Shown here: positions 1-11,385 of the stretch, one piece after another
Layout of the letters: each line of letters opens with the position of its first letter
How positions within the stretch are numbered: position 1 is the stretch's first letter
Assembly (NCBI RefSeq): GCF_006345805.1
Contig: NW_021832333.1
Span: 1 to 41,823 of the forward strand
DNA length: 41,823 nt
Origin: Octopus sinensis
Lineage: Eukaryota
Reading direction: 5' to 3'
Position numbers and translations under genes: made by a program
The notes under the pieces: generated by a model
Database searches by the model: none
Told to the model about the DNA's origin: nothing
The model's input: only the letters and a program-made list of their open reading frames with translations

Positions 1-21
1 GCATATTAATAAATGTTATGA

Positions 22-208
22 AGTAATCCCTTGACTATCGCGGGTGTTACGTTTCAAAACGCCCCGCTATATGTGAAAATTCGCAAAGTAGAAACAGTAC
101 TGAACTGCTTATTTTTAAAATTATTTTTATAATTTGTATATATTTATTTTATTATAAATGCAAAACAACACCGCGATAGGTGAACCGCGATATGGCGAGG
201 GATTACTC
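22..208 (+). mobile_element. Tigger/pogo-type MITE (~190 bp)
   Basis: Terminal inverted repeats agtaatcccttg (22-33) and cgagggattact (196-207), subterminal tatcgcgg/ccgcgata motifs and an AT-rich core. A second copy lies in the opposite orientation at 34732-34943. Confidence 0.8.
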
Positions 209-261
209 TATTAGAAAATGTATTGTTCACATTCCACAATTGATTGAAAGATAACAGAGCG

Positions 262-472
262 AAGGCGGCGAACAGACAGAATTGTTAGCACACAGGGCAA
301 TGTTTAGCTGCTTTTCGTTCGTCTTTACCTTCTGAGTTCAAATTCCACTGAGGTCGACTTTACCTTTCATCCTTTCGGATTCGATAAAATAAGTACCAGT
401 CGAGTACTGGGGTCGATGTAATCGACTAACTCCCTCCCACTAAATTTCTGGCCTTGTGACCATGGTTGAAAG
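262..472 (+). mobile_element. tRNA-derived SINE, family A (diverged full copy)
   Basis: Matches the in-window consensus ggcggcgagctggcagaa...ctgagttcaaattcc(B box)...gaggtcgactttgcctttcatcctttcggggtcgataaaataagtaccag...ggccttgtg. Confidence 0.85.
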
Positions 473-842
473 ACGATCAGAAAACATACTCCTTGATGTA
501 GAAAAGCTAAAATGGTCATGCGCAGAACACCTTTTGTCATGTCTCTTCGTTTAGGTCCGACTGAAGGCTCAATGACAACAATAAAATCACCTCTAATGGG
601 ACAAATTGTCTCACCCCTTCATAAATCTACAAGAAAACATACGATAAATTCGATTCAGTTTTAATATATTACCACACGAAACTCTCCTGTCTTCGAGCTC
701 TCGTCCCTAGATGGATCTATAAAACGCAATCCTTACATACAGTGAATCTTAAGAACTTTAAATCTAACGCAACCCATAACTATCTTAGTCTGCACGTCGT
801 TTCTTACACTCTCATGAGATAAAAGGAGAATTAGAGAGGAAG

Positions 843-995
843 AATCTAGTCTGATGGTATTTCATTTATCCAGAAATGAGGAATGTAAAATTGGCAGGGA
901 TGAGAAATTAACTTAGAGCGCAGAAAGGGCGCTAAGTTACAGGAACATAGACACACTAACATCGTCTCTCAAATGGTGGTAGGGGACAAACACCA

Positions 996-1027
<32 letters not shown>

Positions 1028-1092
1028 CACACACACGCACAATATATATATATATATAATTATTATATATATATATATATAAAGAAGCCAGT

Positions 1093-1127
<35 letters not shown>

Positions 1128-1205
1128 GATGGTCTTCTTTCAGTTTCCGTGTACCAAATCCAATCACAAGGCTTTGGTCGGCTTTGTGCCAAAATTAGAA
1201 TTATC
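843..1205 (-). mobile_element. Chimeric SINE relic: decayed family A joined to a family B middle carrying an expanded (CA)/(TA) microsatellite
   Basis: 843-930 resembles reverse family A. 931-1183 matches reverse family B (gctaagttac...gggacaaaca...[microsatellite]...tttcagtttccgtgtaccaaatcc...aaggctttggtcggc). 1184-1205 resembles the family A 3' end. Confidence 0.65.
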
Positions 1206-1824
1206 AAAGGCATTCCTGCTATGACCATCCCTTCTTTTGAGATATTATGGACATTATGTATCTAGCGCTATGCCAATCACTATGGCTTTTGGTTTTTTAA
1301 CAGGTACGGTTATAATTTGAAGGATGTTTTGTTGCTATACTATGTCTAAGGGATTAGCAACCGCATAAGGACTCTATTTGATCTGTTTCATACAGTTGTT
1401 AAACTTTCCTTGATCCCTAGATTCTCCATCGAGTCATAAAGAGCGTTGCTGTCTCATGCATTGGCCAGTTCGTCATTTTGAACTCTTTCCATGTCTGAAC
1501 ACATGTGATTTCTTCTTCGTCGTCTTCGCCTCTTTCGTCTTGTTCGTTCTCACCTCCGTTTTCTTCTAGAGGAGCGACCGTCAACCTTTCTTTGCTTATG
1601 GACTTCTTTAATTCTGATTTAAATCTACTAGAATCCTCATGTTAAAAAGAAGCACTATTATATTTTTTTAATAAATATTATAAAGAATTGTTATAAAATT
1701 GTTAAAATTGTTTATGGTTTGTAGACGTATAACCAATTTATTTCATCTAATCTTTAACAAAATTTTATATAAATACCCAAGGGCCATTTTGATCTGGTCG
1801 AGGACCACTGATCTAGAGAGACAG

Positions 1825-1925
1825 AGAGTAGCTGACACCAGTACAGGTCTTTAATTTATTGGCCTCGATAGGATGAAAATTTACGTGACTTTGGTCGGAT
1901 TTGAACTCACAGAGCAGGGACGGGA
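1825..1925 (-). mobile_element. Decayed family A SINE fragment
   Basis: gacaccagtac...ttatt...tcgataggatgaaa...ggatttgaactc is the reverse complement of the family A core and B box. Confidence 0.55.
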
Positions 1926-2487
1926 ATGAGCAAAGTTCATACCAAATAATCGCTTAGATATTAAACCACAGACGTTTAAATTGATCATACACATCAATGT
2001 CAGCTCACAGAAAAGTGGCTTTGAAAGTAAATGTATTCTGCCTCTTCTGTTCCGACTAATTAATGAGAAAAAAAAAGAACGAAGAAGAACGAGATAGGAT
2101 ATACGATTATAAGATAACATGAAAAGTCAATTTGAACAAAGACGATATCTTGGAAGTCTACCAGTTGCAACCAGAGACCAGCCAATCATATAAATTATTT
2201 AAGAAATGAGGCAACAAGTTAACAAGACACACACACACGCACATACACAAACACACATGCGCTTCCACCCACCAACACAAGCATGCTCACATACATATAC
2301 ACGCATACATATAGCCGTCTCAAACAGAATACATATAGATTTAAATCAATTACCGAGGGAGGGTGTAAAGTCGAAGATCACCAATCAATTAGCGAATAGA
2401 CTTCTTGAAGAATATAAAATCTGATACGCCCTTGACGCCATGAAATGCAGGAATGACTAAGTTTGCATGCATAGTTATGGACACAAA

Positions 2488-2640
2488 CATAGTTGTGTGG
2501 TCAAGAAATTATTAACTTTACGCTTTCGGTGTAAATATTACTCTCTGGCACCTTATGTAAGTGACTTCCGTCACACTGTCAGGATCCGGGCAATATAAAA
2601 ACTTGTGAATGATAATTATTCGGAAAAAAGAAAATAGCTT
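2488..2640 (+). mobile_element. Highly decayed family B SINE 5' half
   Basis: tagttgtgtggtcaag...tggcaccttatgtaagtgacttc...cttgtgaatga aligns weakly with the family B head. Confidence 0.4.
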
Positions 2641-3509
2641 TGTGGCAATCTCAAATCGTGACACTTCCTATTATTTTGTGGTCGACCTGAAACGTCACCT
2701 TGAGTCATTCATGCATCTAATTCTCTAATAGGATGGCGAAAAGGGGGTAATGGATGTAAAAGCAAACAAAATAATGGGTTAATCGGTGTAACTTTTATTT
2801 GTGAAATACAGTTGTTTTAAATTTCCTGCAGAAAATGGTCAACATTGGTAGTTGTGGGTTGTGTAAGGGCACGAGAAATGTGGCCCGGGTTCCAAGGGGG
2901 TGGCAGCATAAAACTGTTTGGGAACTACTGATTTAAAAATAATAACAAAATATAGATGTAACATGTGGTTTGACCGCTTTTTACCGTAGTTTGAAATTTT
3001 CTCGGCAAGGTTTTATTTGTTTTTTTTCCCTCAACTTGCTCTTATAAACGATTTATTAACTGCCAAATAAGTTGGTTAAATGTCATGTTTTATGTGAAAT
3101 ATCTCCAGACATGTTGACGTCACCAGACATAAGAATTGGTAATGCCATAAGACAAACACTTATACATACACCCCTTTATCTAGTTTATAATGAAAATTAA
3201 TATTTCATATTTTGTGGATTTAATTAGCTACAATCATTTAATTGATACATTATTAAATGTGAATGGTATTTATATTGCTTGGCATGAAGTGGCTTTGCAT
3301 TCGTTGTCTGGTTAATTGCTTGTTTGTTTGTTTTACGTAAATAATGGGAGTATGGGCAATAATTTCAACTGTTATCCTACGCAAGCACAAATTGTCTTGT
3401 CTATTCTTAGCATTTTAGTAATTTAAATCGCACACAACCGCCTCTGTTCCACGTCCGGCTTCGATCTTTCAAAGACGCTTGCTCTCTATCAAGGACGGAA
3501 AAGCACGTA

Positions 3510-3628
3510 TGTGCGTGCGAGCGTGAGTGTACACACATGGGCACACACACATACATACACACACACACCTACATACACACACCACACTACATACACCACA
3601 CACACATACAAACAACACACCACACACC

Positions 3629-3679
<51 letters not shown>

Positions 3680-3778
3680 TCATATTATATATATATATAA
3701 ATATATATATATTATATATATAATATATATATTATTATATATATAAATAGATATATATATAAAATATATTATATATAT

Positions 3779-3836
<58 letters not shown>

Positions 3837-3870
3837 ATATATGTTATACTATACGCCATATATGCGTATT
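3510..3870. repeat. Compound (CA)n/(TA)n microsatellite
   Basis: Directly visible dinucleotide runs. Confidence 0.95.
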
Positions 3871-4010
3871 CGTGCGTATGTATATATGTATATATTCGTG
3901 TGGTATTGGATGTGTTTGTGTTGTGTGGTTATTGCGGTGTGCGTTTGTGTGTGTGTTTATGCGTGTGCGTGTGTATGTGCTTATATGTGTATATAATATA
4001 TGTGCTAGGG

Positions 4011-4224
4011 AAGGCAGCGAGCTGATGGAATATTTAGCAGACCAATCAAAATGGTTAATTGCATTTCGTCCGTCTTAACATTCTGAGTTTAAATGTCGCT
4101 GTGGTCGACTTTTCCCTTCATCCTTCTGGGGTCAGTAAAATAAGCACCTGTTGAGTACTGCGATTTGATATAATCGACTTACCCCTTTCCAGAAACTACT
4201 GGCCCTGTGCCAAAATTAGAAACC
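4011..4224 (+). mobile_element. Family A SINE
   Basis: aaggcagcgagctg...ctgagtttaaat...gtcgacttttcccttcatcc...ggccctgtgccaaaattagaaa. Confidence 0.85.
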
Positions 4225-4231
4225 AGTATAT

Positions 4232-4400
4232 GTCTACGGTATAACTTTAAGCTACATCCAATATTTGGGCTCTGATATGGGAGTTCCAAGGTTTTTAAGG
4301 TGTGTGGAAGCACCTCTTAATCACCATTGTTCCCAGGGTTACTTTGAATCGAAGTAATAGCTTCTATTAGGGCCTCAGCTATGTTCTAACCTGCATATGA
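4232..4400 (+). mobile_element. Possible Ceph-domain SINE relic
   Basis: ggtataactttaagctacatcc...gtgtggaagcacctcttaatcaccattgttcccagg...tattagggcctcagctatg resembles my recollection of the cephalopod Ceph-SINE core (gtatgacactaaactgcatc...gtgtggagtaccccttcattgccattactcccagg...gttagggtcccatctatgg). Not verified by search. Confidence 0.35.
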
Positions 4401-4643
4401 AGCAACGAGAGTGAAGTACCACTAGTTCTCCATAGAGCTTTCTTCTTGGAGAAAGTAAGTTCATATAACAAAATCTTGAGGTGCAGTTGGATTCTGATCG
4501 ACTCAACGCCGCACTGGTGGATAAAAATTATTTATTTATAGTTTAAGGCTACCATGGGTTTCATGTTCAATAGGTCCCTCAGCAAACATCAAGCCCATCA
4601 CATAGATGATTGCTTCCATTTTGGATACATATAAATGCAGTAT

Positions 4644-4732
4644 GGGCATATGGCGTAGTGGTTAAGAGCGCGGGCTACTAACCCCAAGATTGCGAGTTCG
4701 ATTCCAGGCAGTGACCTGAATAATAATAATAG

Positions 4733-4764
<32 letters not shown>

Positions 4765-4918
4765 ACAACAACATCGAAAAATGCGTTAGGAATGAGAACC
4801 AAGGTTCGAAATTTCTCCCGAGACACCTGATGAAGGCTGGAGGGTATATCAGCCGAAACGTTGTGTTAACAACAAACAAGATGAGGACAAATATCCATCA
4901 AATGTAAATAATGTAAAT
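4644..4918 (+). mobile_element. tRNA-headed SINE-like element (family E) with internal (AAT)n and a 3' hammerhead ribozyme
   Basis: Pol III A box tggcgtagtgg (4651-4661), B box gagttcgattcc (4694-4705), (AAT/AAC)n 4719-4772, hammerhead 4822-4867, and a tail ending aaatgtaaataatgtaaat. Confidence 0.8.
4822..4867 (+). ncRNA. Minimal type I hammerhead ribozyme
   Basis: Stem I gacac(4822-4826)/gtgtt(4863-4867); core CTGATGA(4827-4833) plus one extra A; stem II ggctg(4835-4839)/cagcc(4850-4854); GAAA(4855-4858); stem III reduced to the palindrome AACGTT; cleavage triplet GUU. Confidence 0.75.
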
Positions 4919-4931
4919 CATATACTTACAA

Positions 4932-4962
<31 letters not shown>

Positions 4963-5326
4963 ATTTTAATATATATATATATATTAAAGGAATGAAAATG
5001 GAGAGAATTGGATACGTGAAAGATTTATTTGTACGTTAAAAAATGTTGAAAATTTTCTTTTAAAAACATTTCAATACAAATAAATTGATTATAAGTGGTA
5101 AAGCTATTATTATCATAATAATCACAAAGATAAAAATAACATATTAGCTTCCGTCAATGTAAATAATAACATTTATCCAACCATAAAGAATTATTATAAT
5201 AATATCAATAACAATAAATTTACCACTACTTACAATGTTACAAGAAATAAGAACTACATACCTTATATTAAATAAAAAAAAAATCAAAAGCTATCATAAT
5301 GCCACTTTTGTAATAACAAAATAAAG

Positions 5327-5930
5327 GAAAACATTGTATGGTTGATTTTGTCCTTCGCTAAACAAGTAAAATGTGATATGTTCAACATAATACACCGGTT
5401 AATAAATAGATATTTTTCTCTTAATAAAAATAAATACAGTGAATTACTCCATAGCAGATTTTTTTGATATGGCTTCTCAGTTGTTCGTAATTTATTTAGA
5501 TATATATCTTCTCAAAATTCTGCTTAATTAGATCGATTTGATGCCGAACGTATGACCAATTTAAACTATAGCATTATAAATCATCCAACCATACACAACA
5601 ATCAAGGGGAAATTATACGTCCCAACTCACCTGTTATTTCCAGCCATAACATGACTAATTTCTGCGATTGTTGAGTTAAAGAACAGTGTAAAATTTTAAA
5701 TTATTGCAAAAGAAATATGTATCTATAGTTGAAATTGGTGGTAAATATTTTTACTATATTGGTGCTTCCGCGACATTTATTAAGGTTAAAATTTCAAACC
5801 ACCAATATTCTTTTCGTAATTCTGTTAATCGTACTTCGACTAGTCTTAGTAAATTAATTTGGAAATTAAAAGACAACAATGTAAGTTATAAAAATTAAAA
5901 GGAAAATTCTTTCTTCTGCAAAACCTTTTT
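5327..5930 (+). mobile_element. Penelope-like element relic: linker, Cys knuckle and GIY-YIG endonuclease (frameshifted, with stops)
   Basis: Translations ENIVWLILSFAKQVKCDMFNIIHRLINRYF (cf. PLE NIIWFNPPFSKNVKTNIGK.FL.LIDKHF), NFCDC*VKEQCKILNYC (cf. CNCR.KE.CPL.G.C) and YYIGASATFIKVKISNHQYSFRNSVNRTSTSLSKLIWKLKDNNVSY/KIKRKILSSAKPF (cf. YIG....FK.RY.NH..SF....STELSKYIWKLK....Y.IKWKIL..AKPY). Confidence 0.85.
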
Positions 5931-6230
5931 GTTTTGTTTTTTCGACCTAATGGATATTGTCAGCTTTGTACAACTTTTCCACTAAAAACCTGCGAAACGA
6001 GAGGGTTAAAAGATTCTCTTCTTGGTTACATACATATAAATACGTATTCTATAAATGCCATTAACTATTCTTATATCTTCTGATCAAACGAACACCATTA
6101 ATTCTACTAAATAAGTTTCTCAATTGATTAGATACCTATTAGATCCACTACTTACATCTATATCTGCTAACGCTATATAATATACGATATAAAATAATAT
6201 GACTGAATCTTAATAACATTCCCTTAACAA

Positions 6231-6604
6231 TTTGACTGTGGCCATGTTGGAGCACCGCCTTTAGTCGAGCAAATCGACTCCAGGACTTACTCTTTGGAAG
6301 TCTAGTACTAATTCTATCGGTCTCTTTTGCAGAACTGCTAAGTTACGGGGACGTAAACACACCAGCATCGGCTGTCAAGCGATTTGTGGGGGACAAACAC
6401 AGACACACAAACATATACACACACATACATATATACATATATACGACAGGCGTCTTTCAGTTTCCGTCTACCAAATCCACTTATAAGGCTTTGGTCGGCC
6501 CGAGGCTATAGTAGAAGACACTTACCCAAAGTGCCACGCAGTGGGACTGAATCCGAAACCATGTGGTTCATAAGCAAGCTACTTACCGCACAGCCACTCC
6601 TACG
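6231..6604 (-). mobile_element. Family B SINE, near full length
   Basis: Reverse complement of ggagtggctgtgcggtaagtagcttgc...gtggcac...ccgaccaaagcc...gatttggtagacggaaactgaaaga..., internal (TA/TG)n, ...cgactaaaggcggtgctcc... Confidence 0.92.
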
Positions 6605-6910
6605 ACTATAATTTTTCTCTATATCCGTTATTTATTTATTTACAGTTTTTCCCCCACTAATGTACATCATCATATATTTCATTTTCGTCTTTTCACTATT
6701 TTTAAACGCGGTGCATACATTAAATAGTCCCAATGTATTTTAGTAAACTAATGACAACGACTCGTAAACAGGAATATAGATATATACACGCTTATATGAA
6801 TTTTTATATATATACATTCAAATAAATACTTCCGAGTAAATATGTGTGGATGTTGGAATCCCAACGGGTCAATGCACTAATTTTGAATATATGTAACCCT
6901 ATACCTATGA

Positions 6911-7117
6911 GTTAGAGCGTCGAGCTTACGATCGTGAGGTTGTGAGTTCGAATCCCGGACCGGGCTGCGTGTTGTGTTTTTGAGCAAGACACTTTATTTC
7001 ACGTTGCTCCAGTTCACTCAGCTGCAGAAATGAGTTGCGGCGTCACAGTTGCCAAGCTGCATCGGCCCCTTTCCCTTTCGCTTGGATAACACTGGTGGCG
7101 TGGAGTGGGTATGCATG
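6911..7117 (+). mobile_element. tRNA-derived SINE, family C, with a Meta-domain-like core
   Basis: B box gagttcgaatccc, then tgtgtttttgagcaagacactttatttcacgttgctccagttcactcagctgcagaaatgagt (6973-7035), which resembles the MetaSINE conserved domain as I recall it. A box region truncated. Confidence 0.75.
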
Positions 7118-7634
7118 TATTGGGTAAAAAAGTAGAAAAGACATCCAGGAACCAACTGAAAAAGTGATTCGTGGAAAGCTAACCAAAACTTTGAAGGAAC
7201 TGATGGAATGGTTGCACGATATGTTCCAAGTACCAACGCCACTGCAGTTGATTGAACCCAGGCGTGCAAGGGAGAGGAAAAGAAAACAGTTCCTGAAAAT
7301 AGATGCGAAGCGCAAAAATATATTAAATTGTACGGAAAAAATAGAACTCAAAAAAGGGAGGTGGGGTGAATAAAAAAAATATTGCTAAATGAAATGACAC
7401 TTCCTGAGAAAAAAGGGGGAGATCTTGTAGGGAATTAGTAATAATAGTACACCCATCCCAAGTGGCAAGCGGAATAACATAGTTATTATAAGTAAAGAGA
7501 AGTACCGGAGTACGTAGTAGGTGATCAGAGTCGTGTCTTTACTGATTTTACTAAGTATACTTTATACCGAAGTGAGCATTATAAGCAAATTCACAGTTTA
7601 ACGATTATAACAATATATATATATATGTGTGTGA

Positions 7635-8290
7635 TCAGTCACGCACCCTCCCTGAAGTGGAGTAGACAACCCATTTCCAGATCCTTCTGCATTGTGCTGT
7701 AAGCATACCACCAGCTAGGTTCTTCTTTCTATTGCACTCTCTGATGTTGTTTGTTGTCTGTTCCTTCTCGAGCCATGCCTGGCTCATAAGGGCCGGTTTC
7801 CCGGTTTCTTGGCGTATAGGTTCCCCACCTGGACGGGATGCCGGTCCATCACAGGTGAGCTGCAAGATGCAGGAGGAAAGAGTGAGAGAAAGTTGTGGCG
7901 AAAGAGTCAGCAGAAGTTTCACTATTACCTACTGCCGGAGCCGCGTGGAGCTTAGGTGCTTCGCTCATAAACAGACACCGTCCGATCTGAGATTCGAACC
8001 CGCGATCCCTCGACCGCGAGTCCGCTGCTCTATCCACTAGGCCATGTGCCTCCACATTCTCTGATGTTGTTAACCCACTAATGTCTTTGACGAGCTCTTG
8101 CTCTCTTTCTACCCACAATCCCTTCAGGATGGTCTTCGACAATGACTCGTGGCGCGTTGCATGTCCATCATATGCTAGGTTTGTAGACCTGATTCTTCAC
8201 ATTAGGTGTCTTTGGACCATCAGATTTTCTAGTGCTGCAGCGTTTCTTATCCAGTCAATCCGGTCCCAGCACAAAATATTGTCGAACTCC
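7635..8290 (-). mobile_element. RTE-clade LINE 3' relic, split by a family D SINE
   Basis: Minus-strand translation RIRSTNLAYDGHATRHESLSKTILKG../..RARARQRH*WVNNIRE | CNRKKNLAGGMLTAQCRRIWKWVV matches the RTE C-terminus pattern KRKL.YFGHV.RH.SL.KTILQG...G.R.RGRQ..W..NI.EW......A.DR..WR..V. Confidence 0.75.
7752..8057 (-). mobile_element. Family D SINE (V-domain-like), full length, with a 14-bp TSD
   Basis: tRNA head ggaggcacatggcctagtggatagagcagcgg...ggttcgaatc on the minus strand; TSD tctctgatgttgtt at 7738-7751 and 8058-8071. Confidence 0.9.
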
Positions 8291-8502
8291 ACCGGTGGAG
8301 TACAAATTCAAATAAAAGAACTGAGCTAGACTGTTACAAGCAAAAAGAGAGAGAGAAAAGGTTACGTTCGTCAACGTATTCCTAGGCGGGCGCACGATGT
8401 TTGAGAAAACGGCATGATGGTAATGGACAGAAAACACTTGACGACAGACGTACTTCATCATCGACGACCTTAAGGAGAGGAAAGCGAAGAAAAATGCCAG
8501 CA

Positions 8503-8569
8503 ACACACACACACACACCACACTCACACCACACACACACACACCACACTCACCACACACACACACTCA

Positions 8570-8603
<34 letters not shown>

Positions 8604-8847
8604 ACTCACCACACACACACACCACACTCACCACACACACACACACACACACACACACCACACTCACCACACTCACCACACACACACACACCACACTCAC
8701 CACACCACACACACACACACACACACCACACTCACCACACACACACACACCACACTCACCGCACACACACACACACACACACCACACTCACCACACACAC
8801 ACACACGCACGCACACACACACGCACACATACACACACACACCACTC

Positions 8848-8881
<34 letters not shown>

Positions 8882-8949
8882 CATACATATATATATATAC
8901 ACACATATATAGATATATATATACATACACACACACACATATATATATA

Positions 8950-9001
<52 letters not shown>

Positions 9002-9160
9002 CAATGTATATGTATATATAGAGAGACATAAACATACACATGATATATATATATATATTATATGTACAACATATATATATGTATATATATAGATATATAT
9101 ATATATGTTTATATTTGTATACGTAGATATATGCAGCTATATATTAATATATATATATAT
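8503..9160. repeat. Compound (CA)n/(CACACT-like)/(TA)n microsatellite
   Basis: Directly visible; source of the HT-rich pseudo-ORFs. Confidence 0.95.
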
Positions 9161-10249
9161 ACGTAGCCAATAAATATTGAGTGAGAACGTTCGTTAGCAG
9201 ACAGTCAAAGACATCATTATGGGATTTATGATTATGAAGTTTTAATTGATAATAATTACTAGATTAGTGAGGCACTTCCAGACGAACAACGATATTACTA
9301 ATCTTAGAAGTTGCTGGCTGCTTCAATCAAGCGAGATTCTAGTCGACAGTCTAAGAGACATCAAAGAATCCATTGAGGCTGCAGAATATTCTAAAAAAGA
9401 AAAACAAAATCAGCCATCTTCGTTCGAGCTAGTCCAGATATTGATGACTATTTAATTAAAATGAAGGCTAAACTTGATTTTTAGTCGATATTCAGTGGCT
9501 TTACTATGAAATATTGCAATATGTAGTTCGATTTTACTAAAATATTAGTACGTCCGATTTTTCGACCAAACCGAATTTTTCCATTAATTAAGAAAGTTAT
9601 ATAATTCTGGGGGCTGAATATTCATTTAGCAATATTTCTGTAATTCACATTTAGTCCAATTAGCACTCTGCAATGACCTGTATTTAGCTCTCATTAAAAG
9701 AAAGATACCCCACCCGTATTCCATTACATTTTTAATTAATATGTGGCTGTACAATTATAGAGTATGATTGATTCCACGGTTAATGACCAATATTTGGAGC
9801 TAACTTTCAGACAGCGAATTGAAAGAAGCGTTAAAGAGTATCAGCTTCACCGTTAATCCTTCTGAGGTGGATTAAATAAAATATCTTTCAAATGCTGAAT
9901 CGGTATAATTGATAGATTTATTCCCTTGAACCGTATTTTGTTTAAGCTTGAAAATAACATTCCAGGCCAACAAGCGAATTTCTCTTTGTTGTTGAATCTG
10001 TGAGGAAATGTCAGCCAGAATGTTCCTGAACTCACTCACCACTGTTCTCATAATAGAAAGGCTGCAAGACCGCATTAGATAATGTATTCCGAGACATAGT
10101 GGGACTGAGAAAACAACATAACGAAAAGCATGGAATGGGCACAGACGTAAAGACTTTGATCAAATATCTGCTTCATAAGAACACTGAGTTTATTCTAAAC
10201 AACATCATCTAGAATTTATTAAGATTCAAAGACAAGTACACAGCGGAGA

Positions 10250-10259
10250 AACACACACA

Positions 10260-10336
<77 letters not shown>

Positions 10337-10375
10337 CATATGTATGCACATATCGATATATATGTTTATATGTAC

Positions 10376-10431
<56 letters not shown>

Positions 10432-10600
10432 CTTACAAATCTACACACACATATACATATATATATGCATATATATACATATATGTATGCATATATATAC
10501 ATATATGTATGCAGATATATACATATATATGTATGCATATATTCATATATATACATACATGATTTCATATGTGTGTGTATGTGTGTGTGTGTGTGTATTA
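10250..10600. repeat. Compound (CA)n/(TA)n/(TG)n microsatellite
   Basis: Directly visible. Confidence 0.95.
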
Positions 10601-10822
10601 TGTATATGGTGCGACGTAGATGCCATTTCTAATAGCCAGCCTTAGTGACGCTAGTCAACCGTTTTCAATGGAACGCTAACAATTTGCCTCAGATACTACT
10701 ATCTAAAAGGTTACTTTAGATCGCCAAAGTGTTTAGAAGTCTATGTTCTTTCATGTTTTCAATTCAAGATCTGTCAACAGTTAAATTTGCTTTCATCTCT
10801 GTGGGTCGATAAAAAGGATTTC

Positions 10823-10888
<66 letters not shown>

Positions 10889-11130
10889 ATATACACAGAG
10901 TGAGTTTGGTTCAATCGTCGAAACTCCTTATTCAGCTTATTTGTCGGTTTGGTTTACAAGGAGCAATGACTATAATAGTTTTAGTTGATTCAGTTTAACC
11001 CTAGTTCGGCCCTCTTTGAGTTTTCATTTCACTAAAAAGGTTCTAAACATGATCTACTTCTATTATGATTTTCAGGCATCTTGTACATTTTTAGGTGGGC
11101 GCACCAACAGAGGTCAGGCAAATTTCCCAC

Positions 11131-11169
<39 letters not shown>

Positions 11170-11232
11170 CGTATACATATACACACACACACACACACAC
11201 GCACATATATATATAATATATATATATATATA

Positions 11233-11286
<54 letters not shown>

Positions 11287-11385
11287 TATACACACACATA
11301 TATATACACACACACACATATATATATATAATATATATATATATATCCGCACGCACACACATACATATATATATATATATTTATG
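11131..11385. repeat. Compound (TA)n/(CA)n microsatellite
   Basis: Directly visible. Confidence 0.95.

Noticed and set aside
2905-2931. hAT/Charlie-like terminus (tttgggaactactg); an opposite-type end lies at 27023-27045
   Set aside because: Single ends without a partner TIR or an 8-bp TSD nearby.
3115-3122. CRE palindrome TGACGTCA
   Set aside because: One 8-mer in 42 kb is roughly chance level, and there is no promoter context.
4644-4718. tRNA gene
   Set aside because: A and B boxes are present but I could not build a proper acceptor stem, and the head runs into repeat body sequence; it is a SINE head. The same applies to the family A-D heads.
8401-9021. 206-aa HT-rich ORF and the many YI/CV/HT-repeat ORFs in the track
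   Set aside because: Translations of (CA)n/(TA)n/(TG)n microsatellites, which lack stops by construction.
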